Source: Acidimicrobiales bacterium
GTDB taxonomy: Bacteria > Actinomycetota > Acidimicrobiia > Acidimicrobiales > Bog-793
Direction: 5' to 3'
Assembly: GCA_035294085.1 (NCBI GenBank)
Contig: DATGLP010000006.1
Location: 2,595-66,594, forward strand
DNA length: 64,000 nt
Below, in pieces: positions 9,101 through 15,809 of this stretch (position 1 is its first letter; every line of letters starts with the position of its first letter). The notes under the pieces were generated by a model. That model made no database searches, was not told where the DNA came from, and saw only the letters and a list, made by a program, of their open reading frames with translations. The translations under genes were made by a program, and so were the position numbers.

Positions 9101-9840
9101 TGGTCGCCGAAGGTCTGCGGCGAGGCCACCGGCAGGTCGGCGTACCAGTCGTAGAAGGAGAGGACCACGCCGCCGAGCAGGGAGTAGAAGCGCGTGCCGG
9201 CCGCGTAGGAGGCCATCGACATCGCCGGGATGACGGTGAACCCGGCCGTACGGTCCGGGCCGTAGGTGGCGACCGTGTGCACGTGCGCCGCGGCGACGAG
9301 CTCGAGCACCTCCGGCCACGGCGCGCGCACGAACCCGCCGCGGCCGCGCGCGGACTTGTACGCACGGGCGCGCTCGGGGTCGCCGCTCACCTCCGCCCAC
9401 GCCGCCACCGGGTCGCCGAGGCGCTCGCGGGCGGCGCGCCACGCCTCGAGGAGCACGCCCCGCACGTAGGGGTAGCGCACCCGCGCCGGCGAGTACGTGT
9501 ACCAGGAGAACGACGCCCCCCGCGGGCAGCCGCGCGGCTCGTACTCGGGCGAGTCCGGCCCCACCGACGGGTAGTCGACCGCCTGGGTCTCCCAGGTGAT
9601 GATCCCGTCCTTGACGAAGACCTGCCACGAGCACGAGCCGGTGCAGTTCACGCCGTGGGTCGAGCGCACGACCTTGTCGTGGCGCCAGCGCTCCCGGTAG
9701 AAATCCTCGGCGCGCCGCCCGCCACGGCGGTGCAGCTCACGCGTGTCGGGCGACGGCACGCCCGGCTGGAGGTAGCGGGCCGCCCGCACGAGGCCGCTGC
9801 CGGCGAGGAGCTCGGCCCCGCCGGCGCGCGCTGCGCTCAC
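6151..9840 (-). CDS. narG: respiratory nitrate reductase alpha subunit (Mo-bisPGD)
   Basis: 1262-aa ORF with probable start at GTG 9840 (VSAARAGG...). FS0 motif RSTHGVNCTGSCSW. Long DMSO-reductase-family body. The GGAGG of narH follows the stop. Confidence 0.95.
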   Translation of the reverse strand: MSAARAGGAELLAGSGLVRAARYLQPGVPSPDTRELHRRGGRRAEDFYRERWRHDKVVRSTHGVNCTGSCSWQVFVKDGIITWETQAVDYPSVGPDSPEYEPRGCPRGASFSWYTYSPARVRYPYVRGVLLEAWRAARERLGDPVAAWAEVSGDPERARAYKSARGRGGFVRAPWPEVLELVAAAHVHTVATYGPDRTAGFTVIPAMSMASYAAGTRFYSLLGGVVLSFYDWYADLPVASPQTFGDQTDVPESADWWNASYLIVWGTNLPITRTPDAHFMAEARYRGQKVVVVSPDYSDHTKFADEWLAAAPGTDAALAMAMGHVILTEFYRDRPDPPFAAYAARYTDLPFLVSLRERADAYVPDHFLTAADLGERVELAEWKTVVLDEATGEPAVPNGSVGFRWSESGAGRWNLDLGEIRPALSLYGRPGAEALPVDLPRFDVGEGQGGSTVRRGVPAVRLGGRLVTTVFDLVMAHYGVARPGLPGEWPSSYDDAGAPYTPAWQEAITSVPAAAAVRVAREFAANAEASGGRSMIAMGAGTNHWYHSDQIYRTFLALLLLTGCEGVNGGGWAHYVGQEKVRPLTGWSTLAFAADWVRPTRHMPATPFWYLATDQWRYEAARADELATPLGVGRLAGRSVADCNLYAARCGWLASHPTFDRNPLDLADEAVASGRSCDDFVVGELAAGRLRFAAADPDDPANFPRVLTVWRSNLLGSSGKGHEYFLRHLLGADHAVAASPCPPEARPREVAWRESAPEGKLDLLVDIDFRMTSTGIYADVVLPAATWYEKHDLSSTDMHPFVHSFNPAIAPPWEARPDFEIFQDLAAAFSRLAAGRLGVRRDLVAVPLLHDTPDECAQPGGRALDWQAGECPPVPGRTMPRLVVVERDYPGLAERFGALGPLVDELGATTKGVVFPVGAEVEYLRSRNGTVRGGVAHGRPRLDRAILFCEAILALSGTTNGRLAVAGFEALEARTGVRLADLAHERAGDRITFADTIAQPRSVICSPEWSGAESSQRRYAPFTVNVERLKPWHTLTGRQHLFLDHDWVAELGEMLPTYRPPLDLVAAFGDQRRPGTGPQLVARFLTPHSKWSIHSEYQDNLHMLNLFRGGPVIWVNDLDARRLGVADNDWVEAYNRNGVTVARAAVSHRVPPGTVLMYHAVDRHLEMPLSELSGLHGGTDNSLTRVVMKPTHLIGGYAQLSYGFNYYGPTGSQRDELAVIRRRSQDVAF

Positions 9841-9992
9841 GTCGCCGTCTCGGTCAAGCCCGCTGCCTCGCTTCCGGGCGCATCGCTCGTTCTGGGCAGC
9901 ATCGCAGCCCGGTCGTGTGCCGTCAAGGACGCGACGCATCGCCCCACGAGGTGGTGCAGCGGCGGCCGGGCAGCCGCTGGTCGTCGATGTTT

Positions 9993-10020
9993 TTCTGCTC
10001 TATGCTAGAAATAGTTCTGC
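9993..10020. promoter_or_regulatory. AT-rich palindromic box TTCTGCT-N5-CTAGAA plus adjacent ATAGTTCTGC half-site in the narG / hemerythrin divergent region
   Basis: This is the only AT-rich patch in the 195-nt intergenic region. The palindrome lies at 9993..10010. The 10-mer ATAGTTCTGC (10011..10020) recurs exactly at 12470..12479. TATGCT (10001..10006) is a possible -10 element. Confidence 0.4.
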
Positions 10021-10035
10021 ACGAGGAGGCGCGCC

Positions 10036-10974
10036 GTGACCGTGTCGGAGACCGAGAGCTTCCAGGCGATGCTCGCCCACCACCGAGAGCTCGAGGAGGG
10101 CGTCGCGCGTCGAGTCGCGGCCGTGCGCGACGCGCACCGCTCGGGCGAGGGCGCGCCCGGCGCGACCCGCGAGCTCGTCGCCTTCCTCGCCGGGACGGTC
10201 CTGCCGCACGCGGCGGCCGAGGAGCGCTCCGTCTACGCCGCTGCCGCGGCCCGTGCGGAGCTCGCCGCGACTATCGAGGAGATGACCGGCGAGCACGAGG
10301 CGCTCGCCGCTTCGGTGGCCCGCCTCGCCGGCCTCGCCTCGAGCGATGCCACGCCGCAGCTCGCTGCGGAGATCCAGGAGCTGTTCGCCTCCCACGTCGC
10401 TCGCGAGAACGAGGTCGTGCTGCCCGCCCTCCTCGCCGACCCTGGCGCCGACCTCAGCGCGCTCCTCGCCGCGATGCACGGCGAGCTCGGCTCCCCGGCG
10501 CGGCCCGACGAGGCCGGCGAGGTAGCGGGGCCCCTCGTGGCGCTCCTCCTCGAGGCGACCGAGGAGCTGGCGGCGAGCGGCCGCGGCGAGCGGGCGTGCT
10601 CGCTCGCCGCGGCCGCGTGGGTGGCGTGCCGGCGCTCCCGGCCCGACCTCGCCGCCCGGCTCGGCGCCGCCCTCCACCGCCTCAGCGCCGCGGCGCCCGC
10701 TCGGGCGGCGGCGCCCGGCGAGCCCGAACCGGGCGACCTCGAGCTCGACGTGCGACCGCTCGCCCCAGCGGAGCGCCACCGCGCCATCTTCGCCGCCTTC
10801 GATCGCCTCGCCCCGGGCACCGGCTTCGTCCTCGTGAACGACCACGAGCCGCGCCCCCTTCGCTACCAGCTCGAGGCCGAGCACCCCGGCGAGTTCACCT
10901 GGGCGGACCTCGAGACCGGCCCGCGGGTCTGGCGCGTACGCATCGGACGGGCCGGCGTCGCCGGATCGTCCTGA
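10036..10974 (+). CDS. hemerythrin (HHE cation-binding) domain fused to a DUF2249 domain
   Basis: 312-aa ORF with GAGGAGG (10023..10029) before GTG 10036. The N-terminal half has His/Glu spacing typical of hemerythrin (HHRELEE, PHAAAEE, EHEAL, SHVARENE). The C-terminus reads DVRPLAPAERHRAIFAAFDRLAPGTGFVLVNDHEPRPLRYQLEAEHPGEFTW..WRVRI, a DUF2249-type sequence. Confidence 0.75.
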   Translation: MTVSETESFQAMLAHHRELEEGVARRVAAVRDAHRSGEGAPGATRELVAFLAGTVLPHAAAEERSVYAAAAARAELAATIEEMTGEHEALAASVARLAGLASSDATPQLAAEIQELFASHVARENEVVLPALLADPGADLSALLAAMHGELGSPARPDEAGEVAGPLVALLLEATEELAASGRGERACSLAAAAWVACRRSRPDLAARLGAALHRLSAAAPARAAAPGEPEPGDLELDVRPLAPAERHRAIFAAFDRLAPGTGFVLVNDHEPRPLRYQLEAEHPGEFTWADLETGPRVWRVRIGRAGVAGSS

Positions 10975-10985
10975 TCCCCCGCTCG

Positions 10986-11023
10986 CTGCGCCGCCGGGAC
11001 GTCCGCCTCGCCCGGCGGCGCAG
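10986..11023. terminator. perfect 13-bp GC hairpin between convergent genes (bidirectional terminator candidate)
   Basis: CTGCGCCGCCGGG-(12 nt)-CCCGGCGGCGCAG. It starts 12 nt after the stop at 10974 and lies 70 nt before the convergent stop at 11093. No U-tract. Confidence 0.5.
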
Positions 11024-11092
11024 CGCCGGGCGCGTTCGAGAGGTGCCTCGACGGCGGCGCGCCGCGCGGCCGGCGCGGGAGCGGTCCGCGCG

Positions 11093-12460
11093 CTAGGCGG
11101 TCCGCTCGCCGGAACTGGCGCGCGCGGCGAGCACCGTCGGGCGCCACGACAGGTTGAGCGCGCCGAGCAGGCCACTCGCCGCGAGCAGCGAGCCGCCGAC
11201 GGCGGTGGCGGCGGGTGCTCGGGCAGCGAGGCCGGCGCACAGCGCCGCGACACCGCCGTTCACGAGGAGGTACGTGAGCGCCGCTGCGACGTGGCCGTAG
11301 AGATCGGCGAACAGGAGCGGGCGGCCAGCGCTGCTGCGGGCCACGCCCCGGGCGCGCAGGGCGGACCAGGCGATGAACGGCACGACCTTGTGGGCGTGCC
11401 CGACGAGCGTGACGAGGAGCCAACCGGCGATTGCCGCCACGCTCGCCGCCGCGAACGCGCGAGCCGGCCCGCCCGAACCCGCGAGCGCGCCGTCGAGGCC
11501 GAGTGCGGCGCCGGCGACGAGCCAGCACGCGGAGGTGACGACGAAGAGCAGGTGGAGGTCCGCGCGCCGCCGGCGGCGGCGGAGATGGGCGGCGAGCGAC
11601 GCGAGGTGCGCCCCGAGCCCGAGCGCGAGGAGCGCCGCCCCGGTCCAGGCGACGGCGGGCACGCGAAGGAGCAGGCCCGGAGCGAGCAGCGCGGCACCGG
11701 CGGGCACGGCCGACACCGCGAGCCAGGCGACCCGATGGCGGCCGGGCAGGTGCGCGAGGAAGAACATCGGCCAGAGCTTCTCGGCGACGCTCACGTAGAC
11801 GAGTCCGAGCCAGCCGAACAGACCGACGACGGCGTGAGCGAGGACCACGTGGCCCGACAGGTCGAACCAGCCCGCCCGGCGGTCGGCGACGTAGACGACG
11901 CCGAAGCACGCCGTCGCCACGAAGCCGGCGAGGCCGGTCCGCAGGCCGGCGACCGGCGCCCCCCGGCCGCGCGCGGCGAGCGGGGCTGCGAGGTTGGCGA
12001 CGGCGAGGGCGACGGCGACGGCAGCGAGACCGCCGCCGGCCTCGACGAGGTCCTCGACCCCGGTCGAAAAGCCGAGGGGCAGGAGCGCGCACGCCGCGGC
12101 GAAGGCGGCGAGGGTGGCGCGGGCGAGGCGCGTCGAGCGCAGCGGGCGCTGCGTGACGACCGGGACGAACTGGTGCATCGCCCCGAGCACGCCCATCGAC
12201 AAGGTGGCCAGCATGCCGAGGTGCGCGGCGGCCACGACCTCGTCGGCGGTCGGGTCGACGGCTGCCTGCCCTGCGACGAGCGCCCAGGCGATGCCGCAGG
12301 CCACGAGACCGACGGCCGCAACAGCGAGGAAGGCGAGCGGGACCGACGGCGGCGGCACGCTGCCGGGCACGCCGGACGGGCGCCCGGCCCACGGCCCGGC
12401 CGGCGCACCGGCGGGGGCGCTGGCCGCCGCACGCACCGTGGCCTTCGCCCCAGCGTCCAC
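11093..12460 (-). CDS. 12-TM integral membrane protein with conserved-looking intramembrane His residues (haem/copper-binding candidate, NnrS or haem-copper-oxidase-like)
   Basis: 455-aa ORF with about 12 hydrophobic segments. His residues inside predicted TMs: AAAHLGMLATLSMGVLGAMHQFVP, GHVVLAHAVVGLFGW and LVGHAHKVVPFIAW (H-x-H). The N-terminal 40 aa are low complexity, so the start (GTG 12460) is uncertain. Confidence 0.6.
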   Translation of the reverse strand: MDAGAKATVRAAASAPAGAPAGPWAGRPSGVPGSVPPPSVPLAFLAVAAVGLVACGIAWALVAGQAAVDPTADEVVAAAHLGMLATLSMGVLGAMHQFVPVVTQRPLRSTRLARATLAAFAAACALLPLGFSTGVEDLVEAGGGLAAVAVALAVANLAAPLAARGRGAPVAGLRTGLAGFVATACFGVVYVADRRAGWFDLSGHVVLAHAVVGLFGWLGLVYVSVAEKLWPMFFLAHLPGRHRVAWLAVSAVPAGAALLAPGLLLRVPAVAWTGAALLALGLGAHLASLAAHLRRRRRRADLHLLFVVTSACWLVAGAALGLDGALAGSGGPARAFAAASVAAIAGWLLVTLVGHAHKVVPFIAWSALRARGVARSSAGRPLLFADLYGHVAAALTYLLVNGGVAALCAGLAARAPAATAVGGSLLAASGLLGALNLSWRPTVLAARASSGERTA

Positions 12461-12468
12461 GCCTGCAC

Positions 12469-12491
12469 TATAGTTCTGCTAGTTACCAGAA
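12469..12491. promoter_or_regulatory. second copy of the palindromic box (ATAGTTCTGCT-AGTTA-CCAGAA) with TATAGT -10-like hexamer
   Basis: TTCTGCT-N5-CCAGAA at 12474..12491 contains the perfect inverted repeat TTCTG-N8-CAGAA. TATAGT lies at 12469..12474. It sits in the 64-nt divergent spacer between the membrane protein gene and the DUF2249 operon. Confidence 0.4.
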
Positions 12492-12524
12492 AAAACCGGC
12501 CCGTCGGCCGGGGGAGGTGGCGAG

Positions 12525-12743
12525 ATGGCCCTCGTGGACGCCCGTCCGATCATCGCGGCCGGAGGCGAGCCGTTCGAGACGATCATGGCGGCGGTTGCCT
12601 CGCTCGCCGACGGCGAGGAGCTCGTCGTCCTCGCGCCCTTCGAGCCCGTGCCCCTCGAGGGGGTACTGTCGTCGCAGGGGTTCGCCTACGAGGCGGTCGA
12701 CATCGGAGGTGGCGATTGGCGGGTCACCTTCCGGCGGACGTGA
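12525..12743 (+). CDS. small DUF2249-like protein
   Basis: 72-aa ORF with GGAGG (12513..12517) 7 nt before the ATG. DARPIIAAGGEPFETIMAAVASL..GEELVVLAPFEPVPL..GF.....DWRVTFRR resembles the DUF2249 / TusA-like small-domain pattern. Confidence 0.6.
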   Translation: MALVDARPIIAAGGEPFETIMAAVASLADGEELVVLAPFEPVPLEGVLSSQGFAYEAVDIGGGDWRVTFRRT

Positions 12744-13114
12744 GCGAGGAGCGCTCGGGCCGGCCGGTCTCGATCGGCCCGGCCCGAACCCGTCCCGACG
12801 CCGAGGACCCCGTCGGGCGCGCCTGGGCGGCGCTCGGCGACGTCTACGACCCCGAGCTGTGCCTCGACGTCGTGTCCCTCGGTCTCGTCTACGGCATCGC
12901 TGCGGTGGACGGCGCGCTCGTCGTGGAGATGACCCTCACGACGCCGGGCTGTCCGGCCGCGGAGAGCCTCCCCGAGCTCGCCGCCGAGGCCGTCGAGGCC
13001 GCGCTCGGCGGGTCGTTGCCCGTCGAGGTCCGCCTCGTCTTCGACCCGCCGTGGAGCCCGGCGATGATGTGCGAGGAGGCCGCGGCGGCCCTCGGGTTCC
13101 CGGCGAGGCGGTGA
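12740..13114 (+). CDS. DUF59 / SufT-MIP18-like Fe-S cluster assembly domain protein
   Basis: GTG 12740 overlaps the upstream stop (GTGA). VYDPELCLDVVSLGLVYGI....VVEMTLTTPGCPAAE is the hallmark DUF59 block. Confidence 0.75.
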   Translation: MSEERSGRPVSIGPARTRPDAEDPVGRAWAALGDVYDPELCLDVVSLGLVYGIAAVDGALVVEMTLTTPGCPAAESLPELAAEAVEAALGGSLPVEVRLVFDPPWSPAMMCEEAAAALGFPARR

Positions 13115-13482
13115 CCGTGGGCGTGGAGATCGTCCGCACCTACGAGGACCCCGGGCGCACCGCCGGCGAGCACCGCGTGCTCGTCGATCGGCTCTGGCCG
13201 CGCGGGATGGCGAAGGCCGCCGTCGACTACGACGAGTGGCTGAAGGACGTGGCGCCGAGCGAGGCGCTGCGGCGCTTCTACGGGCACGAGCCGGCGCGCT
13301 TCGAGGAGTTCGCCCGCCGCTACCGAGCTGAGCTCGGCGCGCCCCCGGCCGCTGCCGAGGTCGAGCGACTCCGCGCGCTCGCCCGCGCGGGCACCCTCGT
13401 GCTGCTCACGGCGACGCGCGACGTCGACCGCTCCGGCGCGGCCGTCCTGCGCGCGGTGCTCGAGGAGCGCCCCCACCGGTGA
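13111..13482 (+). CDS. DUF488 family protein
   Basis: GTG 13111 overlaps the upstream stop (GTGA). RVLVDRLWPRGMAKAAVDYDEWLKDVAPSEALRRFYGHEPARFEEFARRYRAEL matches the DUF488 consensus as I remember it. Confidence 0.7.
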   Translation: MTVGVEIVRTYEDPGRTAGEHRVLVDRLWPRGMAKAAVDYDEWLKDVAPSEALRRFYGHEPARFEEFARRYRAELGAPPAAAEVERLRALARAGTLVLLTATRDVDRSGAAVLRAVLEERPHR

Positions 13483-15809
13483 CCTCGGCGGCCCGCTGGC
13501 GGACCGCCGTGCACGGCATGGGCCGCATCGGCGAGGGGCGCGCGCTCAAGTGGGCGCTCGAGTCCTACTGGGCCGGGCGCTCGAGCGCCGACGAGCTCGA
13601 GGCGACTGGCGCGGCGATCCGCCGGGCGAACTGGCGCGCCGCGGCGGCGGCCGGGATCGACTTCATCCCCTCGAACGACTTCTCCCTCTACGACCACGTG
13701 CTCGACGCCGCGGTCATGACCGGCGCCCTGCCGGCGCGCCTCTCGGCTGGGGCCCCGCTCGGCCTCGACGCCTACTTCGCCCTCGCTCGCGGCGGAACGG
13801 TCGGCGGCCGCTTCGTCGCGCCGCTCGAGCTCACGAAGTGGTTCGACACGAACTACCACCACCTCGTGCCCGAGGTCGGCCCCGCCACCGCCTTTCGGGC
13901 CGACCCCTCCAAGGCGCGCGCCGAGCTCGCGGAGGCGGCCGGGCTCGGGATCGAGACGACGCCCGTCCTCCTCGGACCGTGCACCCTCCTCCTGCGCTCG
14001 AGCACCGAGGAGCCGGGCGTCGCGCCGGCGCGCCTCGTCGATCGCCTCGTGGACGTCTACGCCGAGGTGCTCGCCGCGCTCGCTGGCGACGGAGCGGCCT
14101 GGGCGGTCCTCGACGAGCCGGCGCTCGTCGAGGACCGCTCCACGGAGGAGCTCGACCTCGTCCGGCGCGCCTACGAGCGCCTCGGCGAGCGCACGGAGCG
14201 CCCGATGCTGGCGCTCAGCACGTACTTCGGCCACGTCGGCGAGGCGATGCCCCTCCTCGCCTCGCTGCCCGTCGAGGGGATCGGGCTCGACTTCTGCCGC
14301 GGCCCGGAGAACCTCGAGCTCCTCGAGGCCGCTGGCGGCCTCGGGCAGCGGGTGTGCTTCGCCGGGGTGGTCGACGGCCGGAACGTGTGGGTGAACGACC
14401 TCGAGCGATCCCTCGCCCTCCTCGCCCGCCTCGCGCCGCTCGCCAGGGAGGTCGTCGTGTCGACCTCCTGCTCGCTCCTGCACGTCCCCCTCGGCTTGCG
14501 CTTCGAGCCAGCCCTCGACGAGGAGGTGCGCCCCCTCCTCGCGTTCGCCGAGGAGAAGCTCGTCGAGCTCGGGATCCTCGCCCGCGGGGCTGCGGGGGGC
14601 GCCGAGGCGATCGCCGAGGAGCTGGCGGCCAACCGCGCGCTCCTCGAGGCGCGCCGGCGCTCCCCGCGCATCGTCGACCCGGCGCTGCGGCGCCGTATCG
14701 CCACCGTCGAGCCCGATCCGCGTCGCTCGGCGCGACCCGAGGAGCGCGCCGCCGCCCAGCGCGCGCGCCTCGGCCTGGCGCCGCTCCCGACGACGACGAT
14801 CGGCTCGTTCCCCCAGACCCAGGCGCTGCGGGCGCTTCGCGCCTCGTGGCGGGCGGGCGCGACGAGCGACGACGAGTACCGTCGGGCGCTTCGCGCCGAG
14901 ATCGACCGCGTCGTCGCGCTCCAGGAGGAGATCGGCCTCGACGTGCTCGTCCACGGCGAGCCCGAGCGCGACGACATGGTCCGCTACTTCGCCGAGCGTC
15001 TCGACGGCTTCGTGCTCCCAGCCGAGGGCTGGGTCCAGTCCTACGGCTCGCGCTGCGTCCGACCACCGGTGCTCTTCGGCGAGGTGCGCCGGGCCGCGCC
15101 GATCACCCTCGAGTGGACCCGGTACGCGCAGTCGAGGACGAGCCGGCCGGTGAAGGGCATGCTGACGGGGCCGGTGACGATGCTGCGGTGGTCCTTCGTG
15201 CGCGAAGACCAGCCGGAGTCCGACACGGCGCTCCAGCTCGCCCTGGCGCTTCGCGACGAGCTCGTCGAGCTCGAAGCCGCCGGGACCGCCGTCATCCAGG
15301 TCGACGAGCCGGCGCTGCGGGAGGGCCTCCCGCTCCGGGCCGCGGCGCGCCCCGCCTACCTCGCCTGGGCGACCCGCGCCTTTCGGACCGTGGTCTCGCC
15401 GGCCGGCCCGGCCACCCAGGTCCACACGCACATGTGCTACGCCCAGCTCGGCGACATCCTCGACGCGCTCGCCGACCTCGAGGTCGACGTCGTCTCGCTC
15501 GAGGCGGCGCGCTCGAAGATGGCGCTCGTGGGCGAGCTCGCCGCGAGCCGCTACGCGGGCGGCGTCGGTCCCGGCGTCTACGACGTCCACTCGCCGCGCG
15601 TCCCCGAGGCGGCGGAGATCGCGGCGCTGCTGCGCTCGGCGCTCGAACGCCTTCGGCCGGAGCGGCTGTGGGTGAACCCGGACTGCGGACTGAAGACCCG
15701 GCGCTACGAGGAGGTCGAGCCGGCGCTCCGCCACCTCGTCGCCGCGGCGGCGACGGTGCGAGCGGAGCTCGCGGCGCAGCCGACCGACGGCCGAGCCGCG
15801 GCACGCTAG
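13479..15809 (+). CDS. metE: cobalamin-independent methionine synthase
   Basis: 776-aa ORF. GTG 13479 overlaps the DUF488 stop (GTGA). It looks collinear with MetE over its full length (GRIGEGRALKWALESYWAG, IGSFPQT, HTHMCY, NPDCGLKTR). Confidence 0.95.
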   Translation: MTSAARWRTAVHGMGRIGEGRALKWALESYWAGRSSADELEATGAAIRRANWRAAAAAGIDFIPSNDFSLYDHVLDAAVMTGALPARLSAGAPLGLDAYFALARGGTVGGRFVAPLELTKWFDTNYHHLVPEVGPATAFRADPSKARAELAEAAGLGIETTPVLLGPCTLLLRSSTEEPGVAPARLVDRLVDVYAEVLAALAGDGAAWAVLDEPALVEDRSTEELDLVRRAYERLGERTERPMLALSTYFGHVGEAMPLLASLPVEGIGLDFCRGPENLELLEAAGGLGQRVCFAGVVDGRNVWVNDLERSLALLARLAPLAREVVVSTSCSLLHVPLGLRFEPALDEEVRPLLAFAEEKLVELGILARGAAGGAEAIAEELAANRALLEARRRSPRIVDPALRRRIATVEPDPRRSARPEERAAAQRARLGLAPLPTTTIGSFPQTQALRALRASWRAGATSDDEYRRALRAEIDRVVALQEEIGLDVLVHGEPERDDMVRYFAERLDGFVLPAEGWVQSYGSRCVRPPVLFGEVRRAAPITLEWTRYAQSRTSRPVKGMLTGPVTMLRWSFVREDQPESDTALQLALALRDELVELEAAGTAVIQVDEPALREGLPLRAAARPAYLAWATRAFRTVVSPAGPATQVHTHMCYAQLGDILDALADLEVDVVSLEAARSKMALVGELAASRYAGGVGPGVYDVHSPRVPEAAEIAALLRSALERLRPERLWVNPDCGLKTRRYEEVEPALRHLVAAAATVRAELAAQPTDGRAAAR

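Noticed and set aside
13111-13500. Searched for a cobalamin or SAM riboswitch in front of metE
   Set aside because: The metE start overlaps the upstream coding sequence, so there is no leader. No B12-box-like element was seen in 12461..12524 either.
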